The notes: generated by a model not told the origin, from the letters alone. A stretch of 44,434 nucleotides of DNA from Batkoa obscura (GCA_030770535.1 JASVEC010000131.1:1-44434), one strand, 5' to 3'; positions 22,496 to 34,279 are shown, counted from the first letter of the stretch. Numbers and translations: made by a program.

Positions 22496-25480
22496 ATGCC
22501 ATTTAAAAACAAAGAAAAAAAATCTATACAAGTAACTGATAGTTATTATCATACTATGAGTATAGATGAAGTTTTAAATCTTTACTCTACAGATTTAGAA
22601 GAAGGCTTGAATTCAGATCAAGTCAAAGAATTATCCCAAAAATACGGGTTAAATGAACTTTCTGGTAACTCTGGTGTATCTCCTTGGAAAATTCTATTAC
22701 GTCAAGTTGCCAATATACTAACAGTAATTTTAGTTATTGCTATGGCAATAGCGTTTGCTTCTCAAGATTGGGTAGAGGGTGGTGTAATTGGATTTATTAT
22801 TATTACAAATGCAACAATTGGTTTTATGCAAGAATATCGTGCAGAAAAAACTATGGAATCTTTAAGAAGGCTGGCTTCTCCTACTACCAATGTTATACGT
22901 AGTGGTCATCGTTGTAAAGTATCTACAAATCAATTGGTACCTGGCGATATCATTATCCTTGAAAATGGTGATGTGGTTGGTGCTGATGCACGTGTTGTCG
23001 AACAATTTAATCTTTCTATCGATGAGGCTTTACTTACTGGTGAATCTGTTCCAGTTGAAAAAACAGTTGAAACTATTATTGAGAAAGATGCTCCAGTAGG
23101 TGACAGAACTAATCTCACTTTTTCTAGTACAACTGTAACTAGAGGGCGTGGTACTGCCATTGTAGTTGCTACTGGTATGGATACTGAAATCGGTAAAATC
23201 GCAAGAACCTTAAATGATTCTGAAGGCAGTCAAAAAACTTCATTACAAAAAACTATGGATCGTATGGCATTAGCAGTCTTTGGAATGGCGATTTTATTAG
23301 CTATCATTGTATTTTCAGTCAATAGCTGGGTAATTGAAAAGAATGTTGCTATTTATGCTGTTGCTGTATCAATTGCTATTATCCCGGAGGGTTTGATTGC
23401 TGTTATCACTTTGACTATGGCTGCTGGTGTACGCAATATGGCAAAAAACAGAGCCATTATTCGTCAATTAACTGCCTTAGAAACTTTAGGCTCTGTTACT
23501 AATATTTGCTCAGATAAAACCGGTACTTTAACCCAAGCTAAAATGGTGCTTACTCGTTTTTGGTTACCAGGCTATGGCTATTTCTCTGTAACTGGTGCTG
23601 GCTATAACCCTATTGGTGATGTATTACAAGAAGGCGAAACTCCAGATGATTCATTAATTAGAAGCTATGGTGAAGAAAATAGCAATAATGGCGTAACTAA
23701 ACTTTCTTCTGATGAGTTAACAGATCAATCTTTAAGACTAGTTCAAGTTGCTTCTTTATGTAATATGGCCAAATTAAAGAAAGACAAAGCTAGTGGAGAA
23801 TGGATTGGATTGGGTGATCCTACCGAAAATGCTCTACAAGCTTTTGCTCATAAATTCGATATGGGACAACCTAATCTCATTAAAGCTAATGGGGATCATC
23901 AGTTTGAATTGTTAGCTGAATTCCCTTTTGATTCAAGTATAAAATTGATGACGGTTGTATATTTACATTACCCAACCCAGAAAAAATATGCCTTTACTAA
24001 AGGTGCTATGGAACGTGTGCTTGAAAAATGTAATAGCTATTTAAATCAAAGCACCTCTTTACCTATTGACTCCTTTGATCATTTAAAAAATCTTTATACT
24101 CCACATATGGAACATTTAGCTAGTCAAGGTTTAAGAACATTATGTACTGCTTACCGTGATATTACAAATGAATTTGATAAAACAACACCTGGAGATTATA
24201 CTCGTGATCAAATTGAATCAAACCTTACTGCTATTGGCTTAGTAGGTATCTATGACCCTCCTCGCCCAGAATCTCGCTCCTCGGTATTAGAATGTCACAA
24301 AGCTGGTATCAGTGTTCATATGCTTACTGGTGATCATCCAGCTACTGCTACTGCCATTGCTAGAGATGTTGGTATTGTTCCACAAGATACCAAAGCACCA
24401 GGACATACCTCTCTTAATGTTGGTAACAACTTAGTGATGACAGCTCAACAATTTGATGCCCTCAGTGAAGAAGAAATTGATAATATGGTTGAACTACCAA
24501 ACGTTATTGCTAGATGTAGTCCAGACACTAAAGTTAAAATGATAAGAGCACTTCATAGACGTAATAGAGTAGCTGCTATGACTGGAGATGGTGTCAATGA
24601 CTCCCCTTCCCTTAAGATTGCTAATGTAGGGATTGGTATGGGGCTTTCTGGATCCGATGTTGCTAAACAAGCATCAGATATCGTACTTACAGATGACAAT
24701 TTTGCAACTATTGTTAAAGCTGTAGAAGAAGGTAGAAGGATTTTCGAGAACATTGTCAAGTTTGTTTTACATCTAATGTCTGGTAATGCCTCTGAAATTG
24801 TAGCTTTAGTTATTGGTCTTTGCTTTACAGATAATGCTGGTAAATCAGTATTCCCTATGTCTCCAATTCAAATTCTTTTCTTAAATATGATCACTTCATC
24901 CCCGCCTGCTATGGGTTTAGGATTGGAACCCGCACATAAAAAAGCTATGCTTAAACCCCCACGTCCAGTTAAAGGTGGTTTGTTTACTTGGGAAGTTATC
25001 TTGGATATTATGTACTTTGGTTTGATTATGGGAGGTTTAGCCTTGATTAATTTCGTTATGGTTGTATTTGTATTCGGTAATGGAAATCTTGGAAGTGGAT
25101 GTAATGATCATTATAGCGAAGACTGTGAATTAGTATTCCGAGCTCGTGCAGCTTCTTATGCTTGTCTCACGTTGCTGATTTTATTACATGCCTTTAATTG
25201 TCGTTCTTTACGCCAATCTTCTTGGTCAATGAAAGCACTTAAATCCCTCAAAAATAATCGCTTTTTGTTGTTTTCAGTAATTTTTGGAGCGTTACTATTA
25301 ATACCGGCCATTTATATCCCAGGATTAAACCACGAAGTATTTAGACATGCGCCTATTGATTGGGAATGGATTATGATCTTTATATCGTGTATTGTGTTCT
25401 TGATATTGTCAGAAGGATTTAAATGGTTTAAACGTAGCTATTTCAAATCTAACTTAGTTTATACTGAAGACGACGAATAA
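22496..25480 (+). CDS. ENA1: P-type IID Na+/K+-exporting ATPase (ENA family), 994 aa
   Basis: DEALLTGES, IIPEGL, CSDKTGTLT phosphorylation site, YDPPRPES, MLTGDH, ARCSPDTKV, MTGDGVNDSPSL; ENA-typical MITSSPPAMGLGLE. Confidence 0.93.
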   Translation: MPFKNKEKKSIQVTDSYYHTMSIDEVLNLYSTDLEEGLNSDQVKELSQKYGLNELSGNSGVSPWKILLRQVANILTVILVIAMAIAFASQDWVEGGVIGFIIITNATIGFMQEYRAEKTMESLRRLASPTTNVIRSGHRCKVSTNQLVPGDIIILENGDVVGADARVVEQFNLSIDEALLTGESVPVEKTVETIIEKDAPVGDRTNLTFSSTTVTRGRGTAIVVATGMDTEIGKIARTLNDSEGSQKTSLQKTMDRMALAVFGMAILLAIIVFSVNSWVIEKNVAIYAVAVSIAIIPEGLIAVITLTMAAGVRNMAKNRAIIRQLTALETLGSVTNICSDKTGTLTQAKMVLTRFWLPGYGYFSVTGAGYNPIGDVLQEGETPDDSLIRSYGEENSNNGVTKLSSDELTDQSLRLVQVASLCNMAKLKKDKASGEWIGLGDPTENALQAFAHKFDMGQPNLIKANGDHQFELLAEFPFDSSIKLMTVVYLHYPTQKKYAFTKGAMERVLEKCNSYLNQSTSLPIDSFDHLKNLYTPHMEHLASQGLRTLCTAYRDITNEFDKTTPGDYTRDQIESNLTAIGLVGIYDPPRPESRSSVLECHKAGISVHMLTGDHPATATAIARDVGIVPQDTKAPGHTSLNVGNNLVMTAQQFDALSEEEIDNMVELPNVIARCSPDTKVKMIRALHRRNRVAAMTGDGVNDSPSLKIANVGIGMGLSGSDVAKQASDIVLTDDNFATIVKAVEEGRRIFENIVKFVLHLMSGNASEIVALVIGLCFTDNAGKSVFPMSPIQILFLNMITSSPPAMGLGLEPAHKKAMLKPPRPVKGGLFTWEVILDIMYFGLIMGGLALINFVMVVFVFGNGNLGSGCNDHYSEDCELVFRARAASYACLTLLILLHAFNCRSLRQSSWSMKALKSLKNNRFLLFSVIFGALLLIPAIYIPGLNHEVFRHAPIDWEWIMIFISCIVFLILSEGFKWFKRSYFKSNLVYTEDDE

Positions 25481-25669
25481 GATAACTTCCAAATATTTAA
25501 TATATCAATAAAAAAGAAAATAATTATTAAAACAATTTATTTACTGCTAAAAAGTGCTTTATCATTTACCTAGTTTAAGCCATTTCAAAATAATTTTTAT
25601 GAGAATAAAAGTAATAAAACTAAAAATAATTTATAGCTTAAATAAATATTTTATTTTAATATAAGCAAA

Positions 25670-27112
25670 TTACTCTATTATTGTAATTAAAGAAATTTGC
25701 TTTAATAGATTAAAAAGCTCATCCTTTTTCATATAATAATGAACATGAGAAAAATGAAAAGTAATAGGTTTAAAGATGAATGGAAGATTATTAGGAGAAG
25801 AATTTAAAAAAACAAAGTAATCAAATTGAATTAGCTCAAGGTTTGGGAATAAATAGAAGCAATAGAATATATCTTGAATACTTAATTTACAAAATTTAAA
25901 TATTAGTTTTTTAATATAATTATATTTAATTATGTTCAAACTGTACAGATTTAAATTATAATAATACCCATTATTATTGTAATTATGTGATAAATCATGA
26001 TTATTGTTACTATTGTTGTCATGCAATACATTATTATCATTATTATTATTGCCACTGTTTGATGTATTTTTGCTATTTTGACTATATAATATATTATTGT
26101 TTAAATCAAAGCGCTCAAATAGAATCAAAGGTCGATTACAATTAATCAAATCAATAAAAACAAACTCAACAGTATGAATGGTTGTTATAAGTAGAATACT
26201 ATTTAAGATTAAATGTAAGCCTCCAAGGCGATTAATACTTATTTTACTTAGATTTATGAATGAGCTGAACTTTATTTTATCAAGCATCAATTCATTAATG
26301 TATCCCAATGTTTTGATATTGGCTTTATTAACTTTATCTAATAGTGAGATATCAATTGACTCATTAAAATCTATATAAATGTACTGATAATTCAAGTGCT
26401 CTATCTGACTTAAATAAGTAATAGAATATCCCAGATTCATTTTAAACATATTGGGTGATTTAATAAATAGAGTAGGTTTTGAATAAAAACTGTTTTCACT
26501 GTTATAATAACTTAACTTTAAATAATCCAGATGATTGAATTTATCTACAATTACATTATAACAATCACGGTGCATTTTATGATCAAATTCTATTATCAAT
26601 TTTCTAAGTTGATGACTATTAAGATGCTGTGTTATTAAGTCGCTATCAACAGTTGAACTATATATACTTAGGGTGCTAATTTGACTTAATATATTGCTAA
26701 AACATATCATCATATTTTTAAGCTCGTCATCATTATTATAAATAGTTAGTATCTTTAATTTTTTAAATTTATTTGGAGTTAACAATAAATTTAATTGATT
26801 TACAAAAGCATTGCTATTTATAAATAAACTAGTAATATTTGAACATGATTTCAAATAATATACATCCTGGATTGTGTTTAGCTTTAAATGCTTTATCGCT
26901 TTACCATTTCTCATTATAAACGTAGTTTGAAACTCAAAATAAGTTGGACTTGCAGTATAACCACAAAGGCATGAAAAATCATAAATCAAAGGATATATAA
27001 CTGAATAAAGATACCTATTTAAAAAGCAAAGGCCTATTAATTCATCTTTATTAATCGAATCAAATATTTGCTCTAATACAATGATCGGTAAAAATTCAAA
27101 CTCAATACTCAT
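25670..27112 (-). CDS. F-box/LRR-like protein with Asn-rich insertion, 480 aa
   Basis: MSIEFEFLPIIVLEQIFDSI...LCFLNRYLY F-box; LRR-like repeats; poly-N tract. Confidence 0.8.
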   Translation of the reverse strand: MSIEFEFLPIIVLEQIFDSINKDELIGLCFLNRYLYSVIYPLIYDFSCLCGYTASPTYFEFQTTFIMRNGKAIKHLKLNTIQDVYYLKSCSNITSLFINSNAFVNQLNLLLTPNKFKKLKILTIYNNDDELKNMMICFSNILSQISTLSIYSSTVDSDLITQHLNSHQLRKLIIEFDHKMHRDCYNVIVDKFNHLDYLKLSYYNSENSFYSKPTLFIKSPNMFKMNLGYSITYLSQIEHLNYQYIYIDFNESIDISLLDKVNKANIKTLGYINELMLDKIKFSSFINLSKISINRLGGLHLILNSILLITTIHTVEFVFIDLINCNRPLILFERFDLNNNILYSQNSKNTSNSGNNNNDNNVLHDNNSNNNHDLSHNYNNNGYYYNLNLYSLNIIKYNYIKKLIFKFCKLSIQDIFYCFYLFPNLELIQFDYFVFLNSSPNNLPFIFKPITFHFSHVHYYMKKDELFNLLKQISLITIIE

Positions 27113-27813
27113 TAAAATAGCTTTGAAAAGTTATTTTAATTTTATTATTCTATTGATTTATTAAAGAATAAGCTACATGATTGGATAAAGATATACCAAT
27201 CACTTAATACGATGCAACTGTCTTACGTAGCCAAAATTGTAATTTTAGTAAGAATAAGTTTAATACGAGACTCCAAAAAAATCAATATAAAACTTTAGTA
27301 TTTTAGTGTATATAAAAAACATTGGTAAACTGGTCAGGGAGACTTAAATCAATATATTTCTAAGGGCCTGTATTTATTTACCATATAATAAACAACAATA
27401 CATCTAAAGATGAGCGTAGAATTAGTATTTGAATTAGCCTTCAGAACAATTATTTGATATGCTAATTAAATATTTTAATACAATAAATCATCAATGTTTA
27501 TTGTCTATAAAGGTATAAATGATTATATTAGGAAAGGTTATAAAGAGATCAACTATGGAAAAATGATAATAATGACCAATGAATTATTTTATAGAATACT
27601 GTATTTCTAATTAAAATTATATAATCAACTAAAGCAAAAGGTAATGATTTGAAATAAGGCTATAATCTATAAGGTATCAAATATGATATTTGTACTATTC
27701 AAAATATATAGCCTTTTATTTTACTATATATTGTAATATATAAAAAACTAAAATTTAGATTGGATGTAAGAAACAGGATTTGATAATATAAGTATAGATT
27801 CAATAATAATAAG

Positions 27814-29130
27814 TTAGTTTATTATTTCAATGAACGGATTTCTAGATAAAGAAGACTTTAATTTTTCCAAATCAGCACTAGCATCATGAAACACTATATT
27901 ATTAAATTGAAAATAAATAAGCTTATTAAATTCAATATTAATATCATTAAAATCTTGATCCACAAAATAGCAATTAGAGAGTGAGACAAGTTGAATACTT
28001 GGAAATAAGCATAAAATATTAAGAACATCTTGTAAATAAGACTGACTGTATTTAATGACTAATTTTTCAATTGTTTTATACTGTATTAAACTACTACAAT
28101 ACTCATCTTGATCTTCATGGTTGATTACTTCAAAAGATTTAAGCCTGATTAATCTGTTAGCTTCAGTAAAATCAATTTCTAAAGTTGTAATACCAGGAAT
28201 AGATGAAATTATATCTAATATCTCTTTTAAGTCATCACGTGCTCTTACTATTATTTTGCTTAACTTTGGGAATAAATTTAAGTTATATAGATGAAGTAGA
28301 GATGGGGTCATATAGCCCAAAGCTCGAACCTTCTTTTTATCAACTTTATCAAATATGTTTTTGTCGACTTCCTTCCAATCTGCATTAAAATAAATCTGAT
28401 CATAATCTAATAAACCTTCGATTCCACTTAAATAATCGATATAAACATTAGTGTTGATTTTAAATTTATTTGTTGAGTGTAAAAACAAAACATAATCCGA
28501 ATAAAAAGTTTGATCGCTACTACCATCATTTATTAAAAAGTACTTTAAATTAACAAATTTATTTCTTAGCTGAGTTAAGTGAGAATTACTAATGTCAGAA
28601 TTGCTTATTATTGTTAAATACTTCAACTTTTCTTCATTGAAATAATTAACAATTATATCTACATCAATAGTATCACTTTGAATACTAAAACTTTCAATTT
28701 GATTAAATAAATACTTGAAGCTTAGCAAATTACTCTGGTAGTTATTGCTTTCGCCATAAAGATCTAATTTCTTTAAGTTTGGAAATGAGTTTGAACTTGA
28801 TGATAACTTCAACTGAGTAATATCAACATCATAATCTATAGATAAGCTTCTAATATTGTTACAAAGAGTTAAATTTGGCAACTCATCATCATTAAATATA
28901 GTTATAAATCTCATTTTTTTACTATTTAATTTAATAAATTCAAGTTGTAACCGGCTGTATTTTGAATCTTCAAGGTAAACCGAGCTAGATAAATTACTAT
29001 AAATCTTCTTAGAAATCATCAAGAAAAAATATTTATTTAAGCTGCAGACTTCAAAAAGTTGTTGTGGATGTAAATAGTCAAAGACTTGTCCTAGAATCAC
29101 TGTTGGTAAATACTCAAACTTTATACTCAT
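27814..29130 (-). CDS. F-box/LRR-like protein, 438 aa, tandem paralog of 25670-27112
   Basis: MSIKFEYLPTVILGQVFDYL...VCSLNKYF F-box; FPNLKKLDL repeats; shared C-terminal LFP motif. Confidence 0.82.
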   Translation of the reverse strand: MSIKFEYLPTVILGQVFDYLHPQQLFEVCSLNKYFFLMISKKIYSNLSSSVYLEDSKYSRLQLEFIKLNSKKMRFITIFNDDELPNLTLCNNIRSLSIDYDVDITQLKLSSSSNSFPNLKKLDLYGESNNYQSNLLSFKYLFNQIESFSIQSDTIDVDIIVNYFNEEKLKYLTIISNSDISNSHLTQLRNKFVNLKYFLINDGSSDQTFYSDYVLFLHSTNKFKINTNVYIDYLSGIEGLLDYDQIYFNADWKEVDKNIFDKVDKKKVRALGYMTPSLLHLYNLNLFPKLSKIIVRARDDLKEILDIISSIPGITTLEIDFTEANRLIRLKSFEVINHEDQDEYCSSLIQYKTIEKLVIKYSQSYLQDVLNILCLFPSIQLVSLSNCYFVDQDFNDINIEFNKLIYFQFNNIVFHDASADLEKLKSSLSRNPFIEIIN

Positions 29131-29292
29131 TCTAGCTTAATGCTTATAAATTCAATTTAAGATGCATTTATAGAATAACCAATATTTTTATCAACCTTTA
29201 AAAATAGTAACAAGTAGGAACCAATTATAGTTTATCCTTGATTTTGACAGTAAAATTTAAAATATTAATTATAAATAGTTATTTTTTAATAT

Positions 29293-31050
29293 TTATACAG
29301 GAAATCTCAAAGATACAGCAATCATTTCAACTAACTTCAAATTTAATCGGCACATTCCCATGGCAGAAGGTATATTTAATAAAGACTCTAATAACTCTTT
29401 ACCTTTTTTAACATACACAACATTCCTATTGTCATTTCCTCCATACAGTATCATAAAAACTAAACATGTAGGAACATGAGGACAATCAAGGGTAAGGGTA
29501 TATTTGTGTGAAGCTATAGCTGCACTATCAATTACAGAATAACATTGCTTGAGTATAGTTTTAATATAATTTGATACATAATTATCACCAATAATGTTAA
29601 CAGTGTGCTCTTCAAACTCATAAATCTTCTTTTCTTTTGATAATTTAAATTGAATAGAGCAAATCCAAAAGTTAATATGATGAAAAAAGTAAGTAACGGA
29701 GTTTTGATAATCCTTAAAAGTTGCTTTTAAAGTTTGGTTATCTACAAAAGACAAAAAATAATCTAAAGTAGTAATATATTTTTCTTTAACGGCAGATGCT
29801 TTGAAGGAAAGTTTTTTTAAAAAATTGTTGAATTTTACTTGATCTTCTATCCCATTTATCTTTTTCTCTTTAACTAAACGTAAATCAAAAAACAGTGTAC
29901 TTATTATATATAGAAATTCTTGTAGCTTTAAAAAGCAATATCGCTGGATATCTTTGTCATCCTTATTAAAATCACAACCGTGACGAGAAAATTTACCTGT
30001 ATAATAGCTATCTAATTTTCCTAACCCTGACGGGAGCATGGGTTCAGCGATACATGCCCCGAAGTTTAATAACATTCCATTGTAAAAAGAATTTAACACA
30101 CAATAGGTATAAGCCCGTTCAATATTGATATTTTTGGATAACTTCTTTGATGATTGGTTTAATCCTATAATAAATGAAATCCTGTAGCAATGAAATAAAA
30201 GGAATTCTTTGATACCACCAATCCAGGGTAAACATGCGATTCCATTGATGGTTATAAGTATTGTTTGTATGCTATCTAAGTTAGGTTTAATTCGAGGAAC
30301 ATTTGAAAGAAAATTATAAAGTATTCCCTCAAAATATTTGATTACATTCTTTACTGTTTCCGTCTGCTCCATATGCAAAAGGCCCCCTACAATTATTGCT
30401 GATTTCAAATTGAAGGAGCATGAAGCGAAATTGAACCTCGTTTCATCAAATAAAGGAAATGTTTTGTTAATAAATTTAAAATAGTTAACTACTGCTTCTT
30501 TTAAAAGTAATCCTATATTAAGCGTAGTTTCATCTGGCACTTCAGGTATGAACATTAATTTTCTAGGCTTAAGCGTTAATAGACCTAATTTATCCGTTAG
30601 TGTAATAAACAGATTTAAACCTTTGCTAGGAAAAAATGGCGATGGGTTTTGAATAAGGTTTAACAAATTTTCCAATAATGATTTCCTTTTAAATCTATTA
30701 AAAATTCCTAGGATGTTATTTGGAAAGTTAAAATCCTTTGGTAATTTTAATAGTTGGTGCCTTGTTTCTTTCAGTTGAATTATGTTTTGAATAGCTGCTT
30801 TTTCTTTTACCGGAATGAAGTTGGCTTTTGATGTGTTCTTGAATTTAACTTCTTTTTGTTTTTTTACTGCTCCAAATCCGCTCTCGTCTTTTTTGTTATA
30901 TATAAGCTTCCTATCTAAAGTACATTTGATATTTCTTTTTATACACTTTGAACATTTAGGCAGTGACCTATCGCATTTAAAATGGCTTTTGGAGCATTGA
31001 TCACATCTATATCTTCTTCTGATGATTTCTAATACGCTTTGACTTTCCAT
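29293..31050 (-). CDS. Zn(II)2Cys6 fungal transcription factor, 585 aa, closest to 18316-20103
   Basis: CDQCSKSHFKCDRSLPKCSKCIKRNIKC zinc cluster; the ~60 bp upstream also resemble those of 18316. Confidence 0.92.
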   Translation of the reverse strand: MESQSVLEIIRRRYRCDQCSKSHFKCDRSLPKCSKCIKRNIKCTLDRKLIYNKKDESGFGAVKKQKEVKFKNTSKANFIPVKEKAAIQNIIQLKETRHQLLKLPKDFNFPNNILGIFNRFKRKSLLENLLNLIQNPSPFFPSKGLNLFITLTDKLGLLTLKPRKLMFIPEVPDETTLNIGLLLKEAVVNYFKFINKTFPLFDETRFNFASCSFNLKSAIIVGGLLHMEQTETVKNVIKYFEGILYNFLSNVPRIKPNLDSIQTILITINGIACLPWIGGIKEFLLFHCYRISFIIGLNQSSKKLSKNINIERAYTYCVLNSFYNGMLLNFGACIAEPMLPSGLGKLDSYYTGKFSRHGCDFNKDDKDIQRYCFLKLQEFLYIISTLFFDLRLVKEKKINGIEDQVKFNNFLKKLSFKASAVKEKYITTLDYFLSFVDNQTLKATFKDYQNSVTYFFHHINFWICSIQFKLSKEKKIYEFEEHTVNIIGDNYVSNYIKTILKQCYSVIDSAAIASHKYTLTLDCPHVPTCLVFMILYGGNDNRNVVYVKKGKELLESLLNIPSAMGMCRLNLKLVEMIAVSLRFPV

Positions 31051-31999
31051 AAAGTTAAAAGGTTTAAAAACATTCTTAAGTATTATACAACATGACTAAT
31101 CTATTCAATATTTGCTATGGCTAACTCAAACAAACGCTTAATTTCGTAAAAAAACGAGAGCTTTTTGGTAAAGCTGTTCGACAAGGAGCCAATCAACTAT
31201 AACAATTTAAATTTAAATTTACTCCCATACTCCGAAATAAACGTTAATTTTAAATTTAGAATCTTAAGTATTTTTGAGTTGGATTATGTTCTTTTCTTGA
31301 ATAGTTTAAAATAAGAACATCAAAAATATTTAAATATACTTGAAAATTTGATATCTAAACAGTATTTATCTAAAGTTAGAAATTAGTGGAAAAAAGCGTT
31401 AATTGTAACAAGTGAAGATTCATTAAATTGAGAAGTCTATGACTTTTGATTTATGTATTCTTTTCATTATTTTCTTGATTCTATTCTTTAATCATATCTA
31501 TGTTTCTCACAGTTCTAGTATATGACTTCTCTGGTGCAGTAATCAACTTATTATATCCCCTTTCATATGAATAACTATATATCTAAAGACCATATTAGTC
31601 ATTAGTGACGCACAGCGGATTAATTAGTTGTATAATATTAAGACTAGTGATGATATTTTTGGGCCTTTCTTTTCTTAATTTGTGTTTATAATATATATTA
31701 TAGTGCTATAAAATAATCTCAATTGCCACTGATTCAGGGCCTTCAATTAATGAGTTATCCTTATCAGTGTTATTATTATTAGGGCCGCTGATTAACCCTC
31801 TATTCTCTTAATTCTTATCATTTGTTACAGGAAACATCTTATCAAATCGTTACAAAGTTTTCATATCAAATATTAGAACTTTATTTGACCTCTGAACGTG
31901 GTTAGTCTATTGCTAAGCGTAGAGTCCATATATTTACTGTATTTAGCTTATGATTTTTTCTAAATCAAATGTATTTATCATATATCTATCTTTATTACA

Positions 32000-32900
32000 A
32001 TGCTCTGTTGTTGGCAATCCGAGGTGCTTTATTTAATGATATAAACTTGAAAGGACAAGGTTGAATTTCATAAACACCATTCCTTTTAGAATCGGGTCTC
32101 AGTGTCTTTTAGTATACTGATTGATTTATTTTTGAATATGTATAAATGAGTGGTTTTGTTATATTCAATATAATACCCAATCAAGTTATGAAAAGCCAAG
32201 TCTAGCTTAAATATTGAATATTTAAAAGGAGGAATAGAACCTGTTGAGACTTTCCTTTTTTCATGAAATTACAGTTTATTCATTCTGGTAAACAGTTGCT
32301 ATATTGTAGTTTTTATTTTCTTGGCATATTGCTTTTATTTTCCTAGCTCGAAGATTAAAATATATTAATCTTAGTGTTGAAAATAGAAAATGAGCAAATA
32401 CATTAGAGATATAAAATTTATCTAGACTTTTATCACCTTGTGAAACATCAAAGCTCTGCTGATATGTGAGCCCACCTTTCATGAAAATAAAACTATTGTT
32501 TTAACAATACAAGTCTTTAACAGGATGTTTTTTTATATCACTGCTCTTTATCAATATTAAAATAATTAAAATTCATCATTATTTATGGATTATCAGTATG
32601 AAAATAGACTACTTTTTTGTTACCAATATAAAAAAACTAGGATTTATTATCACCTTTAGTAAATTAAATTGGTTAAGCTGTATTCTTCCCACCCCACTGT
32701 ATTGCTAGACAATCTAGCCTCTTTTTTTAAATCTGATTTATATATTTAATCATTAGTTATCCCGAGCTCTACATCCAGAACATCAATAAATCTACCCAAA
32801 CAATACAGCTCATCCCTTATTATCATACATCCACCCAAATTTAATCATAATATAGCACCAATTTTATAGAACAGAAAATCTATTTAAAAACAAAGTAATA
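32000..32900 (-). pseudogene. Decayed Kelch-like gene, mirror partner of 15720-17620
   Basis: Minus-strand fragments LGGCMIIRDELYCLGRF and NTVGWEEYS align with IIIEDEPYYLDEF and NIVEWDKYT; many stops. Boundaries approximate. Confidence 0.45.
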
Positions 32901-33298
32901 AAATCATTTAAAAGACAAAGTTAATAGTCAGTTAGCTTAATATATATAATGTTGTTTCTTTAAAATAAAGAGTTTCATTTATAAATTGCTACCTGTTATA
33001 ATCTGGTTTTAATTATTATTTTATTTTTGAAACATCTCCATACAATCAAGTAAACAACGATAGTTTCTATTGTTAGGTTATTCAATTTGACTTCATTGGA
33101 TGTTACAGTAAAAATGTTATATTGTATAAATATCAAACAGTATATTGTTTTGGTATAATATAACTAAATTTCATATAGCTTTAGTTTCAGAGCTGAAAAT
33201 CAAAATAACTGTTTGATTTAAATATCTCATTAAATGGCCTATGGAAATTCATTTACAATTTAATAACAATAAATCAAGTATAAAAGAACAAGTATAAC

Positions 33299-33894
33299 AT
33301 ATAATATTTGATTATAATATAATGTTTATTTAAATGAATTAACAATTATATGGATTATCAATATCAATCCAACTACTAAAAGTACATTTAGAATCAGCAA
33401 GGATATCATAGCAGTCCCATTCCCCATTATTCCAAGTCCAGCATCTTGGACAACTATAACCATCATAGCAATAAACTCCACTATTTCCTTTATTACAACG
33501 TTCACTATTTGGATTAGGACAAAGAGACACTACAAATGGAAGTACAAAAGATAAAGCAGCAATTGATTGAATAAATTTCATATTTGATTTAATTGATAAT
33601 ATAAAACAATTATTTCATTAAAGTATTTATACTATGAGTTACAAATTCAACCTAAGTATCATTTTTAAAATGTCTTAAAAGAAAACAAGGTAACAATTAT
33701 TTATAATTGTTACCTTAAAGCAATTTAATTGTATATTACAATGATATTTATAAATAATACAAAGTTTATTTATTTAGTTCAAAATAAATTAAACTACTAA
33801 AATAAAGCTAAAGCCAAGATTTTTAGTTGGGTGAATTTTAAAAATAGAAGTCAATTTTTTAGAAACAGGCCATTATTTAAAAATATAACTATCA
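33299..33894 (-). repeat. 596-bp inverted duplication, right copy
   Basis: Reverse complement of 14530-15125. Confidence 0.93.
33339..33581 (-). CDS. Small secreted cysteine-rich protein, copy B (identical to copy A)
   Basis: Same 80-aa translation as 14843-15085. Confidence 0.88.
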   Translation of the reverse strand: MKFIQSIAALSFVLPFVVSLCPNPNSERCNKGNSGVYCYDGYSCPRCWTWNNGEWDCYDILADSKCTFSSWIDIDNPYNC

Positions 33895-34279
33895 AGGCTA
33901 TTTTATAACCATAGAATAATAAAACAACCACAGTTATTATTTTGAAGTTAAATTTGAGATATACTAAAAATAACGTTATAAAATTTTGAGATCATTATTT
34001 AGACATTCTCTTTCGAAAATCATACAGAAACAGACGATTCATGTATCCTTAATAAAAAAACTTGTCTATTTTTAATATTTTAAATCGTACATACTATTAT
34101 AACATTTTTCTTCATGTATAAACATATTTTTGTGGCTGGTACTTAACTAATAGTTTATTCAAATTTGAAGTTTAAAAAATAAGTATACAAAAAAATAACT
34201 AAATGATAAAGCTGTGATACTAATTAATTGGCTTTAAAAACCATTATTTTTCTAGAGTTGTCTTTATTACTTTTTTTAA

